Shown piece after piece: positions 11,321 to 22,330 of a stretch of 64,000 nt of DNA. Position 1 is the stretch's first letter, and each line of letters opens with the position of its first letter. The notes below the pieces were generated by a model, which was not told where the DNA came from, did no database searches, and worked only from the letters and a program-made list of their open reading frames with translations. The position numbers and the translations under genes are program-made. Source of the DNA: Vicugna vicugna (Eukaryota); NCBI GenBank assembly GCA_013265495.1, contig MU060807.1, forward strand, positions 62,001 through 126,000, given 5' to 3'.

Positions 11321-13914
11321 GCAAAGGCACCATCCCCCCACGCCGAATAGGAGGGTTGAGTTAATATGAAGAAGCGGCAAGCCTCTGGAAAATGCCAGAC
11401 AGACATTTGGCGTTGTCTTGAAGGAGTCAGACCGGTGCTCATGGCTGAGGTGAAGGCACCAAAACGACCAGGGGTGAAGGCACCGGGTTCCTCCAGTGTT
11501 GGGTGGATGCGTCCCCCAGTGGTGGCATGAGGAGCTTTCTTGGGGGAGCAGCCGGATGGCGAAACAGACTGCAAACCAAGCTCATCCCAAAAGGGTATCG
11601 ACTGTGTGTAGAACTGTTTCTGGAAAAGCCAGTGTGGCCTGCGGGCCAAGCTTTGAAGCACCCAGTCTCCTTCGCAGCTGTTCTGCAGGGGATGGCCATG
11701 TGTCCTCTGAAAGATCTAGAATACAGCTGTTTCCTGGCTGTTTGTGGGGACACATTTTTATAGGTGCACTTGCAGCTCCGGACCGATACAAAACAAATAC
11801 GATGTTTAGTTCAAGACCCAGCTTGTCCCAAGGCACCTTTGGAGTGAGACAGAGCCTCCTGCGGCCCCTGGAAGTAGAGGCCACGGGAGGAGGGGCTCAG
11901 GGGGGCCCCAGCCCGGCCCCCAGAATCCGAGCTTGCGTCTCCCGCAGGCTCCCACCGAGGGGTTGCAGGTCTTCCGCGTGAGTGCGCCCTGGTGCCATAT
12001 GTAGGCTGCGTATTCAGTCTCAACACACGTTTGCTAACAGGAGCAGCAGCAAAAGACGTGAAATCAAGCAAGACAAGAGACGGCGTTTTCGGCGCATTAA
12101 GATGCAGCATTTAAACAGGCAAGCTTTGAATCGTAGAGTCTTTCGAACTGGAAATTGGAAAATAAAACCTCCAGCAACAGAATTCCCTTCTCGCTATGAA
12201 AGCATCACCTTTCCCCGCTGCACGGGCTGGGCCCCAAGTGCGCTGAGCATGGGGCCGGGGCCCCTCTGAGACGCAGCAGCTCTGTAATTAATTAGAGGAG
12301 CTTGCTGTCCGGCGTCCCTCCTCTCAGCCTCTCAGCCGGGCTGGTATTTTTCAGAGTTCTCACCATCCGAGGGACGACTTCAGGTCACCCGACACCAGGA
12401 GAAATCCAGCTGTGGTTTGGGCTCCTGTGTTTGTACAGAGCTCCCCCGAGCGGCCTCGGGCCTCCCCCAGGTGGCACTCCACAAGGCCTGGCCTTGGTTT
12501 TCCTACTTGCCCAGCCTGTCACCAGGAGCTCACCTGGGGGCTCTGGCTCCCTGTGAGTGCTTCAGCCCCCTCCAGGGCAGCCGAGGGCCGTGGTCCCCCA
12601 CGTCTGGCCCCTGCTAGGGTTGCTGGCGTGGGGCGCAGGGAGGCTGTTGTCCTGGCACATGGCGGCCAGCGAGGAGTGGGGCCAATACTGGTCACCTTTC
12701 AGAGCGAGAAGGACCTCAACAAGATGCCCTGGAGGGTCTAGTTGGTCTTTAAGAGAAGAGAGTTGTAGAGAGTGGGAAGAAAAACCCTCGCCAAGCCCAC
12801 AAAATGGGCTTTTGTCACGGTAATTACTTATTATTAAGCTGCAGAGCCCTATGAAAGTGAACCTTATGACTGTATCCGACTGGGACACTGGAAGATCGCC
12901 CGGCGGAGGGAGAGGAGCTTCAGTGCACAAGTTTGCTAAAAAGGAGGCTTGGTGATGGGGGGGAGGGGGCTGTGCCGGCGGGTTGCCGGCTGGCCAGAGA
13001 GGGACCAGGCCGTGGAGCACGTGAGCACCGGCGGCCTTCCTGAGGGCTGTGTTGTGAGTTCTGTCAAATCTTACTGTCTTTGTGTTCTTGGTCAAGGTGA
13101 ACACAGATCGCCTCAGTTGTCGGCATAAGTGTTGCCAGTCACCGGAAGTTTCTGTGGAGGATGTGGTGTTTCCATCCAGCTTCTTGGTGCGAGGCAGATT
13201 GCTTCTTGGAGCTGACAGCAGAAAGCATTCCTTCGGGCCGTGGAGCCCAAAGGCTCCTCGGGGAGGTTAGGGACTTCTGGGGTCTGTTTTGAGATTCATC
13301 AGGAAGCTCTGCTCTTAGTACCGCTTGCTCTCTTCGGGGTCGCAGCGCTGCTGGTCACGGGAACTTTTAATAAGGGTTAATGGCCGTAGCAAAGGTAACA
13401 CTGTTTCTTACACCTTCTGTGCACGACTGGGCATTTCGTCTCTGTTCCTGGGCTGTTGGCGTGTCGCCTGGGGGATTCCGGGAGCCCCATCTGAGACACG
13501 CTTGTTCGTGGTGACATGGCGTGCCCGTGAGCGCACCCGGGCCAGCAGGCGGGGCGGGCACGGAACAGCAGCCCCTTCAGAAATACGTGCTGTTGAGCCC
13601 GTTCCGGTGGCCGGAGCCACAGCCTAAAAATTACCCTCTGAACTGGAGAATCTAACCAGATGAGTAGCTGAGGCCACAGGACGCTCATGCTGAACTGAGC
13701 CACCTGGTCAGGGAGCCCCCACCCCGCAGGGCATCCTTGGGGACCAGGGACGGTGCTGATCTGGCGGCCCATGCATTGAGGTGCCTGTCCCCCTGGGGAA
13801 ACCGGCCTCCCCTGGCGTTTGGTTGCTGAAGTAACTCAGTTGTTTCTGTGGGTTCTTCTCCAGTTTTCGTTCTCTGGCAGCTCGTGTTTGTTTCTGAATC
13901 TGCTGAGTGTCCGA

Positions 13915-14040
13915 GCACGTCTCCCAGTCGAGGGAACTGCGGCACAGAGAGGTTAGGTAATGGCTCTCGTAAAACCGCTGACGAGCAGAGCCTGGGTTCG
14001 AGCCCAGGCAGCCAGACCCCAGACCCACATTCTAGTGAGG
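13915..14040 (-). mobile_element. MIR
   Basis: gggaactgcggcacagagaggttaggtaatggctc...gcagagcctgggttcgagcccaggcag. Confidence 0.75.
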
Positions 14041-16859
14041 AGCGGGGACTTCTCCGGCCGCCTTCTCCGCCGGGTGCAAACGAGAAACAGCTCGGCTGCA
14101 GCCTGCAGTTGGAGACGGTGGGGGCAGCCTGCCTCCTAAGCCCGCGGGTCCTGGCCTATCGTACCTTGCTCCGCAGCGTAAGTGGGTTTCTTTGAAGAAT
14201 GGGGAGTGCGGAGCTGTGTCTGGCTGGTCGGGCAGTGAGTGTGGCAAGGAGTGGTGGCCGAGGGGGTACAGCGCTGGGCACAGATGGACGCCGCTTAGTG
14301 TAGGGTGTTCGGACGAGCAGAGCGGCCTCAGACCCCCAACCCTCCTGTGGGGCGTCCCTGCCCAGAGGTGGCGGGTGCACAGGACTGGGGACAGGCTTCT
14401 CCGGGGCAGAGGAGCAGGCGTGGCAGGCGTGGGCTCAGCCCACAGCCAGCTGGCGCGCCGGGAGGTCGGCAGAGGGCAGGGAAGAACGCCGCAGCCGGCA
14501 GACGGTGCCTGCGGCCTCGCCTCTACCCCGGCGCGGCCGGTGCCCGCAGCCTCCCAGACCAGCCGTCAGGAACTTGGAGATCACAGAACGCCGCCGTCCT
14601 TGGAGGAGGCGAGGCCGAGGTCCCAGCCCAGGCACCCCCTGTCTCATGTCCTCTGTCCTGGGGACAGCCACCCGCAGGCAGCTCAGAGCAGAGTATCAGG
14701 TTCCTAAGGGAGGGCAGGAGGCTGGCAGGGCCTCAGGCCAGCTTGGGGGCAGCACCCTGCACGCACCTCGGACCTCGGACCAAAGGCCATGATCCTGGAG
14801 GCAGGGCAGGCGTCAGGAGGGAGGTGGGCAGCTGGGGGCCTGTGTGTGACCGGGGTGAGTCCCTCCCAGGCCCTGAAGCAGCAGTGCAGTGTGGACCTGC
14901 AGAAGGGGCTCCCTTACTCCCCGAGGCCGGGGCTTGGCGGTCACCCTGGGCTCCTGGGGGCCCCAGTGAGGCTGCACGTTGCTGTCTCTCCTCCTGCCTC
15001 TCCCCTATCTTGGGACCCCGCCCCCCGAGTCCGCAGCCTTCCTCTTCTGCCTTCCTGTCAGTTGTTGCCCCTGGAACATTCCCTGCTGCTGGGCCTCTGC
15101 GCCCTCTGCCCTCCTTCCCCCTGGCCTGCCTTCTCACCTCTCCCAGATTCATTTTCTCTCTGCTTCTCCCCTTCGCCCCTGAGTTCCTCCCAGGGAATTC
15201 CAGCCCCACCTCATCCTCCAGACTCTGGCCCGCCCGTACGGCCCCTTCCGGCCCCCTCGCAGCCTGCCAACCCATCAGCCAGACCGTTATGGTATGAATT
15301 GCATTTCATTGGGACCACAGGACGGACTCTGACCTTTTGTGTCACCAGTGCAGCTGAGCGTGGCCCTTGGTGTCCAGGGCCCTCAGGGAGCAAGTCCAGT
15401 TCTGGAAGGAGACTGGGTGGGGCTGGGACTCAGGCTTGGGCAAGAGGCCTCGGGCACTCCAGAGAGCCTTGGGTGGCTCTGGTGCCAGCCCACCTGCCAC
15501 AGCAGGGTCCCCACCAGCTGTGACAGAGACAGGCTGGCAGCCTCTACGAGGCGGGAGGAGCCAGCACTGCCCCCTCCCCAGGCCAGGAGCTCCAGGGAGC
15601 CAGCAAGGTCTGCACACCTCGGGGACCCTTGAGCAGGTCAGGGAGCCGACCAAGAAGCGGGGGGGGGGGCAGCAGCATGAATTATTTACGGAGTAGCTGT
15701 TTGTGCTGGACGCTGCCGCAGGCCCTGGGTGTGGAGTTGGGGGTAAAAGCCCCCTGTTCTCTGCTTCCTGGGGCTCCCAGGTCCCACTCAACCAGAGTAA
15801 ACTGGTTCTGAGTGTGGCAAGCACATCTCTCCCGCCGCAGCTGTGAGGACCTGTCCAGAGCCCAGCCGGGTGGTCAGAGGCGGGAGCCAGCCAACGTCTC
15901 CCCTTCCCGGTTCCCGGAGGGGGCTTCTGTGTCCAGGCCTCTGTGTTGGGATTTTATGTCATCTTCTCTTCCCTTCCGGGGGGCTTTTGGGGCTGCAGAG
16001 GCTCCTGCGTGCTTCCCCAACCCGTACCTGCCCCGTCACCACCCACCCGGGCCTGGTGTCCAGCCTCTTAATCAGCCCAGCAGGCAGCTCAGGTGTCCCC
16101 GGGTGTGGTGAGTCAGCTCTGTGTCTGACTGTGGGGAGCTTGTCCAGGGGAGCAGCGGGGAGCCTGGGTGGACACCTGGGAGGGGACTGTTCCCTCAAGC
16201 GGGAAGGAGGCCACGTGGTCCCTCTCCCGGAGCCAGTGCAGGGCTGGTCCCACTGGGTCCCCTAGGGTCACCCACGCCAGGTGGTCCTGAGGGGATCTGT
16301 CCCACATCAGCCTCAGAGCAGCCACAAGTTCCCCCTTGTCACCCCAGGAGGGGGACGGGTGGAAGCAGGCATTGGCTGTCCTGGCCCCTCCGTGACCGGC
16401 CCTGTGGCCTAAAGCACACTCCGGTCTCTCTGGGCCTTTGTGGGCTCACGTGCAGAGCGAGGGTCCGGTCAGCAAGTCACAGGACACTCGGGGATGAGCC
16501 AAAGTAGCATCTAGCCTTCACTCGGTGGGCAGCGCCGGGGCCCCTGTGTGTCACCCAGCCGGGCGTCCCCCTGCCCTCACAGAGCTCGGTCCAGCGCGGG
16601 AGGGAGGGCGCGGATCCACAGAAAGGCAGATAAGACCAGCGATGGGGGGACGTGGGAGACACGGGGTGGGGGCCGCGGGGCAGGGCGGAGAGCACTTCAG
16701 CTGAGCAGGGGACAGAGGGAGCGGCGCCAGGGTGAAGGCTGCGTCCTGCCGGGACTTGCGCCGTCTCCCCTCCCGGGGGGGCCCTCTGCTCTGCTGTGCC
16801 TGCGTCCCGGCTCCCAGGATGCAGCCTCACTTAGACAGATGTTACCTGTGCCTGTGCTG

Positions 16860-17060
16860 TGCGAAGGGGGCCGAGAGCGTGCTTGTGTGTGAGTGTGTAT
16901 AGTGAGCTTGTATATTGTGTGCACATGTGCTGGGTGTGTGCGTGCATAGGGTTGTGTGTGTTGAGAAGGCGGAAGACAGCTCCGGAGCTTCTGTGTGTGG
17001 TGTGCGCACAGCCTGGTACAGGTATGAGGGGGTCCCCAAGATGACACACACAGAAATCGT
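16860..17060 (+). repeat. Degenerate TG/CA alternating tract
   Basis: gtgtgtgagtgtgtatagtgagc...gtgtgcacatgtgctgggtgtgtgcgtgc. Confidence 0.7.
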
Positions 17061-17543
17061 CCTCAAAGGTGTATAACTTAATCCGTCTTGAGCTGCAGGG
17101 TGGGGAGAGGCCTGGATTAAGAACCAGGAACCTCCAAGTTCTCATTGCAGCTCTGTCCGGCCTGCCCTTCTCCTCCAGCGTCTTACTCCTCTGTCAGTAA
17201 GTGAGCAAACAGGACCGGGGCGGGGCCTCCCAAACCTGGAAGTGGGGGTAGAAGTGAACGAATGGGTGGGGTTTTCCGTCCCACATGTTGTATTGTGGGG
17301 GGAAGTTACTGCCAAACCACGTGTATTCTAGGAAGGGCAACCAGAAGGATCAGCTAAAGGCCACCAGGGGATTTCACCCTGATCTCTGCTGACCATTGTC
17401 AAAGGTCAGCAGGTAGGCACATACGGGGAACAGACCCTCCCCACCTGGAGGAGCAGAGAGGGAAACAAGCAGTGGGCTTAAAGAAAAATCTCTAAGGATA
17501 TTTCTAACCAGCATCTCCCAGCTTTAGCATTGGTTGTCACATT

Positions 17544-17590
17544 GGTAGTAAGTTCCCCGTCACCAGAGGAATGCAACAGAGGCCGACCGG
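17544..17590 (+). mobile_element. L3/CR1-like relic
   Basis: gtaagttccccgtcaccagaggaatgcaacagaggc resembles the recalled CR1/L3 3' motif. Confidence 0.35.
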
Positions 17591-17614
17591 CTCTCTGCCT
17601 CAGGGGCTCTAGAG

Positions 17615-17968
17615 CAATGCTGTCTGCTAAAAATGTGGTGCCAGCCAGCAGGAAAGTTTACATTTTCTGGTAGCCACTCAGAAGAAGTGAAAAGAAACAG
17701 ATGAGATGAGTTTCACTAATACGTTTTATTTAACGCAGTACATTCCAGATATCCCATTGTCTGTGACGAGTATGAAATAATTACTGAGACAGTTTGCATT
17801 CTTGGTTTTGTACTAAGTCTTTGAAGCCTGGGGTAGGTTTTGCACGTGACCACACATCTGCACTCAGACCAGCTGTGCTTCCAGGGCTCCGCCCTCACGT
17901 GGCGTCCTGAGGAGTGTGCAGGACGGAGCTAGAACTTTTCCATCATCACAGAAAGTTGGACAACACGG
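17615..17968 (+). mobile_element. MER33 (hAT-Charlie)
   Basis: Matches recalled MER33 (gtagccac, ttttatttaac, tactaagtctttgaa, tagaacttttccatcatcacagaaagtt); TSD CTCTAGAG / CTCTAGAC fits the Charlie NTCTAGAN target. Confidence 0.8.
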
Positions 17969-18507
17969 CTCTAGACCTCGCTGCTCACAGTCTGGTGTTC
18001 GGACCAGCAGCACAGGGAGCCGGCTTTTCTAGAAACGCAGACCCTCAGGCTCCCTAAACCTCCTCCATCGGACTCGGCGTGGCTCGGGGGGTTTGGGGGC
18101 CCCTGCTGCTCTAGAACTTGGTGCGCGTCAGGCAGTGTGGGTGGGGTGGGCTTCGGATCCCTCCAGTGGCTGCAGGTCTCAGAGCCCCACCAGCCCCCAA
18201 TGCCCGTCTACAGACAGACTACGACCTTGGCAAAGACTCCACTACCTCCCGACGCCTGGCAAAGTGGGAAAGCTAAGACTCTAAGTGTGATACCATTTTT
18301 CATAAAGATCAGTCTATCCACTTTTGTGTATAAAATGCCAGTTTTTGTTAAATGATGGTGATACCCACTGTTCATTTTTTTAAATGTCCTTACTGCTCAG
18401 ACAAAAGGTTGGCAATTCAAATCCACCGCCCATCCCCTTTTAAATGCATTTTACTAAGTAGCGCTTTTCAAAAGTCTGGAAACCAGTGATACTGAGTGGG
18501 GATTGTT

Positions 18508-18693
18508 GGGCCAAATCCATCCTACCGTCTGTTTTTATCTTTTAAAAAAGTTCCGTTGGAACATGGCCACATCCATTTGTTTATGTGCGTCTGTGACAGC
18601 TCTCACACCACAGCAACGGAGCTGAGCAGGTGCAACAGAGACCACATGGCCCGCAAAGCAAAAATATTTGCTGGAAAAGTTTGTCGACCTCTG
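18508..18693 (+). mobile_element. MER58A (hAT-Charlie MITE), 5' end degraded
   Basis: gggccaaatcc...gttggaacatggccac...acagagacc..atggcccgcaaagc.aaaatattt...aaaagtttgtcgacctctg. Confidence 0.8.
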
Positions 18694-18701
18694 GCCCAAA
18701 G

Positions 18702-19019
18702 CAGCGCTGCTCATAGAGTGGGAGCCTCCCATGATGCTGAGTTTTCTAGTAGCTGCGTTTGAGTTTACCAGGGTGAAAAGACACGGGTGAAATTCACTTT
18801 AATGACATATTTCATTTCACCCAATCCAAAATATTTTCATTCCCACATTTAACGACTAAACATCACAGAGATTTATAAGAATTAGCATTCTTTTTTCATG
18901 CTGAATCTTTGAAATCCACTGAGTGTTTTTCTTTTGCGGCTCATGGCACTTCGGACCAGCAGCATTTCAAATGCTTGGTAGCCATGTGTGGCTGGTGGCC
19001 GCCATCTTGGACAGCGCAG
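18702..19019 (+). mobile_element. MER33 (hAT-Charlie), second copy
   Basis: cagcgctg...ttttctagtagc...ggtgaaatt...tctttgaaatcc...catttcaaatgct..gtagccatgtgtggctggtggc...ttggacagcgcag. Confidence 0.8.
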
Positions 19020-19249
19020 GTCTGCAAGGAATGAGGCAAGTTCCAACTGGGGCATCTGGGAGGAGGCTCGGAGGAGCTGGGCTGTGCCCTGAGTGTCGAT
19101 GGGGGGCTGAGACCCGTGGCGGGGCCATCCCGAAGGGTGGCAGCAGTTTATGTGGAAAGACACAGAGTTGGGTGCGTTCCTGGCTATGACCTTGGCAAAG
19201 TCACAGGGTGCGTTCCTGGACTGCCTGGAACCCAGGGTGTAAGGAAGAG

Positions 19250-19510
19250 AATGACAATGGGAATGGTTCTAAGTCTAGGCTGAGAAATTTGGACTTTTTT
19301 TCAGTAGGTAATAGGGAGCCATGAAAGGTCTTTGAGCAGGGCAGGGACATGATCAGCTCTATGGGTAAGGAGGATTAATCTGGAATAGGGAGATGACTGC
19401 AGACCAGGCAACAGCCGGGACAGAGGCTTGGGCAAGAGGTGATGGGCCCTGACCCAGCAGGTAGTGGGTATAAGGCGGGAAGGGATAAAGAAAGATTTTG
19501 CAGAAGTGTG
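19250..19510 (-). mobile_element. LINE2 fragment
   Basis: tttggactttt..gtaggtaatagggagccatgaaaggtctttgagcagggcagggacatgatcag. Confidence 0.75.
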
Positions 19511-20504
19511 CCCACATGCTGACATATGAGTGATGGAGAAGGCAGATCCCTGTGGAATCATGGTCTCTGGCCTGAGGTTGGTGCTCCTGTGTGCTGAGTG
19601 GTTTGCTCTGGTGGCTGTGACCCCGACCATGTGACCTCAGCCCTCGTGAGTCCCCAGGCTCTGGCTCCTTGGTGGAGAAAGGCCTCCCCCTCCCTCTCTG
19701 GCCCAGGAGCCCTCTTGTGGATGCCAGAAGGCTGCACACCCCAGCAGAGGACCCTCGGGTCCTGCCCCCTCCTCCAGCCTCCTTTCAGGTCTGTTGGGCT
19801 AGACCAGGGCAAGTGCCCCAGGCAGATGTGAACATTTGGCTACGCCCTCTGGAAGCTTAACACCTTCACCTCTCGTCCTCCCTGAACATCTGGTCTGAGC
19901 CCGGCTGCACCTGGAGGCTGCCCCTCCTGGATTCTGCGAGCTCCAGAATAAACGCACTCCAGAGCTCATTTGCAAAGTAGATGGGAAGACAGCTCCAGAG
20001 GAGGCAGAGGCCCACGTGCCTCAGACCCCCGGCGTCCCCAAGCCACTGTCATAAACACCTGGCCAGGGAGGTGCGTGGCGGGGGCTGGAGGCAGGCAGTG
20101 GGAGGTGAGGGGAGCGGGGCTTCTGAGGGAGGGATGGAAAGGTCACAGGTCACCTCTGCGCCCCCTGGGAGGGCCTCACAGAGGGCCGGGCGGTTCCAGG
20201 CATGGGGCTCAGTAAGGAAAACACCTCAAGAAAGGAGTGGGTCAGGGGGCACCTGAAACGGGCTAGGGGTGCACACGCCTGCCTGAGCAGGGGGCGCCCG
20301 TTTCTCCCCACGTAGCTCCAGTGTCCTGACTTCTGTTCCTGCTGTGGCTTCCGCCGAGGGTGCCAGTCCCCAGATGCCTCACAGGCCTTCTTATTTCCCT
20401 CAAGACTTTGCTCTCTCATGAGACCTTTCTTGACTGTTATTAAGCCATTTAGAAATGCAGCAACGCCCTCCCCTTGACGGGCTCTACACTGTCCTGGTGC
20501 CCTC

Positions 20505-20612
20505 GTCTGCCTTGATGAGGGAAGGGCCGTTGGTTCTGTCCACTGTGTTTCCCCAGCACCTAGGACAGCGCCTGGTGCAGGAAGATGCTCAGTGGATGTT
20601 CACTACGTGACT
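20505..20612 (+). mobile_element. LINE2 3' end
   Basis: gatgagggaaggg...gtccactgtgtttccccagcacctaggacagcgcctggtgcagga..gctcagt. Confidence 0.75.
20552..20572 (+). promoter_or_regulatory. RE1/NRSE (REST-binding)-like element inside an L2 3' end
   Basis: CCCAGCACCTAGGACAGCGCC vs consensus TTCAGCACCnnGGACAGCGCC; mismatches only at positions 1-2. Confidence 0.5.
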
Positions 20613-20849
20613 GAGACCCTGCCCTCCCTCTGCGGGCAGCCTCGGGGGGCGAACGGTCAATTTCCGCCTGAACCACTGCCCCTTCCAACACCCCCAGCCG
20701 GGCACCCCTCCACGGCCCGGCAGGCAAGTGGCTGAGCAGCCACAGGTGACAAAGATGGGGTGGGGTCTCCGTCACAGCCTCTGTGGGGCTCTGAGGCTCA
20801 AAAGGCAAGAATGTTGGGGGGGTGGATAAGGGGGAAGCAAGCTTGGCTC

Positions 20850-20925
20850 TTTCATCCCACCTCCACTTCTTCCTCCCTCTTCCCTTCCTCCCCGTTTTCC
20901 TTCTTTCTTTCCTTTTTTTTCTAAC
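20850..20925 (+). repeat. Polypyrimidine (C/T) low-complexity tract adjacent to an L1 tail
   Basis: About 75 nt almost purely C/T. Confidence 0.8.
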
Positions 20926-20948
20926 TATATAGTTCATATCTGTGGTCT

Positions 20949-21235
20949 CTTTTTTAATTGAAGTGTAATTCACATGCCATAAATACACCCTTAGAAAGTG
21001 TGTAGTTCCATGGTTTTTAGTACATTCACAAAGTTGTGCAACCGTCACCACTCTCTAGTTCCAGAACGTTTTCATTTCCCCGAAAAGAAACCCCATATGC
21101 ATTAAGCATGACTCCGCTTCCCCCCTCCCCCCAGCCCCCAACAGCCCCTAATCTGCCCTCTGTCCCTGGATGTCCCTGCTGGACATTTCACGTTAACAGA
21201 ATCATGTAACACAGGGCCCTTTGTGTCTGGCCGCC
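20949..21235 (-). mobile_element. L1M (L1MB-like) 3' end
   Basis: T-tail then 'gtacattcacaaagttgtgcaaccgtcaccact..ttccagaacgttttcat..cccgaaaagaaacccc..cattaagca...ctggacatttca'. Confidence 0.85.
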
Positions 21236-22199
21236 ACTGTTTCCTGGGCACCTGGGGCTCGCGGGGTTCCCGCAGCAGGAAGGCCCAGGCTCTGCGCTCG
21301 GAGGGCTTGCAGATGGCGGAGGCGGTGGGCTTCTTGGTCCTGGGCTGCGTATGATCTGCAGTCATCCTTTGCTTCCCTTAGAGGGGCCTCCTGCGAGAGG
21401 CTCGCTTGCTCACAACAGTGGCTGGATGGGGTTGGAAGGAGGAGAAGGAGCCCTGAACAGAGGAGGGTGGCCCCCCAGCTTTCCCAGTTTGTCCGAGCCG
21501 TGCCCCTGCCTAGGGTGAATGGAAAGAAACACCCAGGTCCTCTGGTTTCTTCTGATGAAACGCAGCCCACGGGCACCCCTCCAGCAAGTGCCTGGACCCG
21601 AGCGGTTGTGAGTGTCCGTCCCTGCAGTCTGAGGGCCAGCGGACGGCTGCTGCCTCTCCCCTCGTGCAGAGCCCAGCTGTTCCGGGCTCACGTCCCAAGT
21701 GAAAAGTGATGCCAGGACTCCCACAGTCCCAGTGCGGTGCAGCAGGGAGGGGCCAGGTGGCCCTCTCAGGGGTCTCCGGGGCCCAGCAGGCAGCCTGGTG
21801 AGAGCGTGTGCATGGTTTCCAGGGTGTGGTTTCCGAGGGTGACGTGTGTCTGAAACCTCTGCAGTGTGGTTAAGAATTTGGGACTCTGGGGAGAGACAGA
21901 GCCGCTCCCGGCTGGAGTGTCTGCCCGGATGCCTGTGCCAGCACACGGCCTGCATGACCTGGGGCTACGCCGGCGCCCGGACGGGGCAGCTGGGAGGATG
22001 AACCAGCATGCAGGCAGGCTGGCAGAGGAGGCTGCAGCTGTCCCTGCCAGGCCACCTTCAGCATCCCAGGCCCCGGGGCTGGAGGCAGCCAGAGCCTCCT
22101 ACAGAGCTCTTGTCCCGAAGCCAGGCCTCCCTGGGCACACCTGTCCTCTGCCCCGCCCCGCATCGGTGCACTGGTCACCATGGGCAAGTGCAAGCTGGA

Positions 22200-22330
22200 A
22201 GGAGTGAGCAGTTGGGCTCACCTGCTTGGTGACCCTGGCCCGTCTCCATCCCGGGCCTCAGTTTCCTCATGGGTCCGTGGGGAGAGCATTGCATCCAGCA
22301 GGGGGTTAATTGGCAGAGTGCAGCCCGACT
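22200..22330 (+). mobile_element. MIR fragment
   Basis: gcttggtgaccctgg...gggcctcagtttcctcat. Confidence 0.55.

Noticed and set aside
11982-12269. Highly basic 95-aa ORF (KRREIKQDKRRRFRRIK)
   Set aside because: GTG start and no known homolog recalled; reported only as a non-coding or first-exon candidate
14305-15523. 330-aa and 244-aa ORFs
   Set aside because: Non-ATG starts or low complexity, no homology recognised, overlapping frames; GC artefact
20243-20256. 'gggggcacctg' resembling the start of a carnivore SINE
   Set aside because: No continuation of SINE body or poly-A tail
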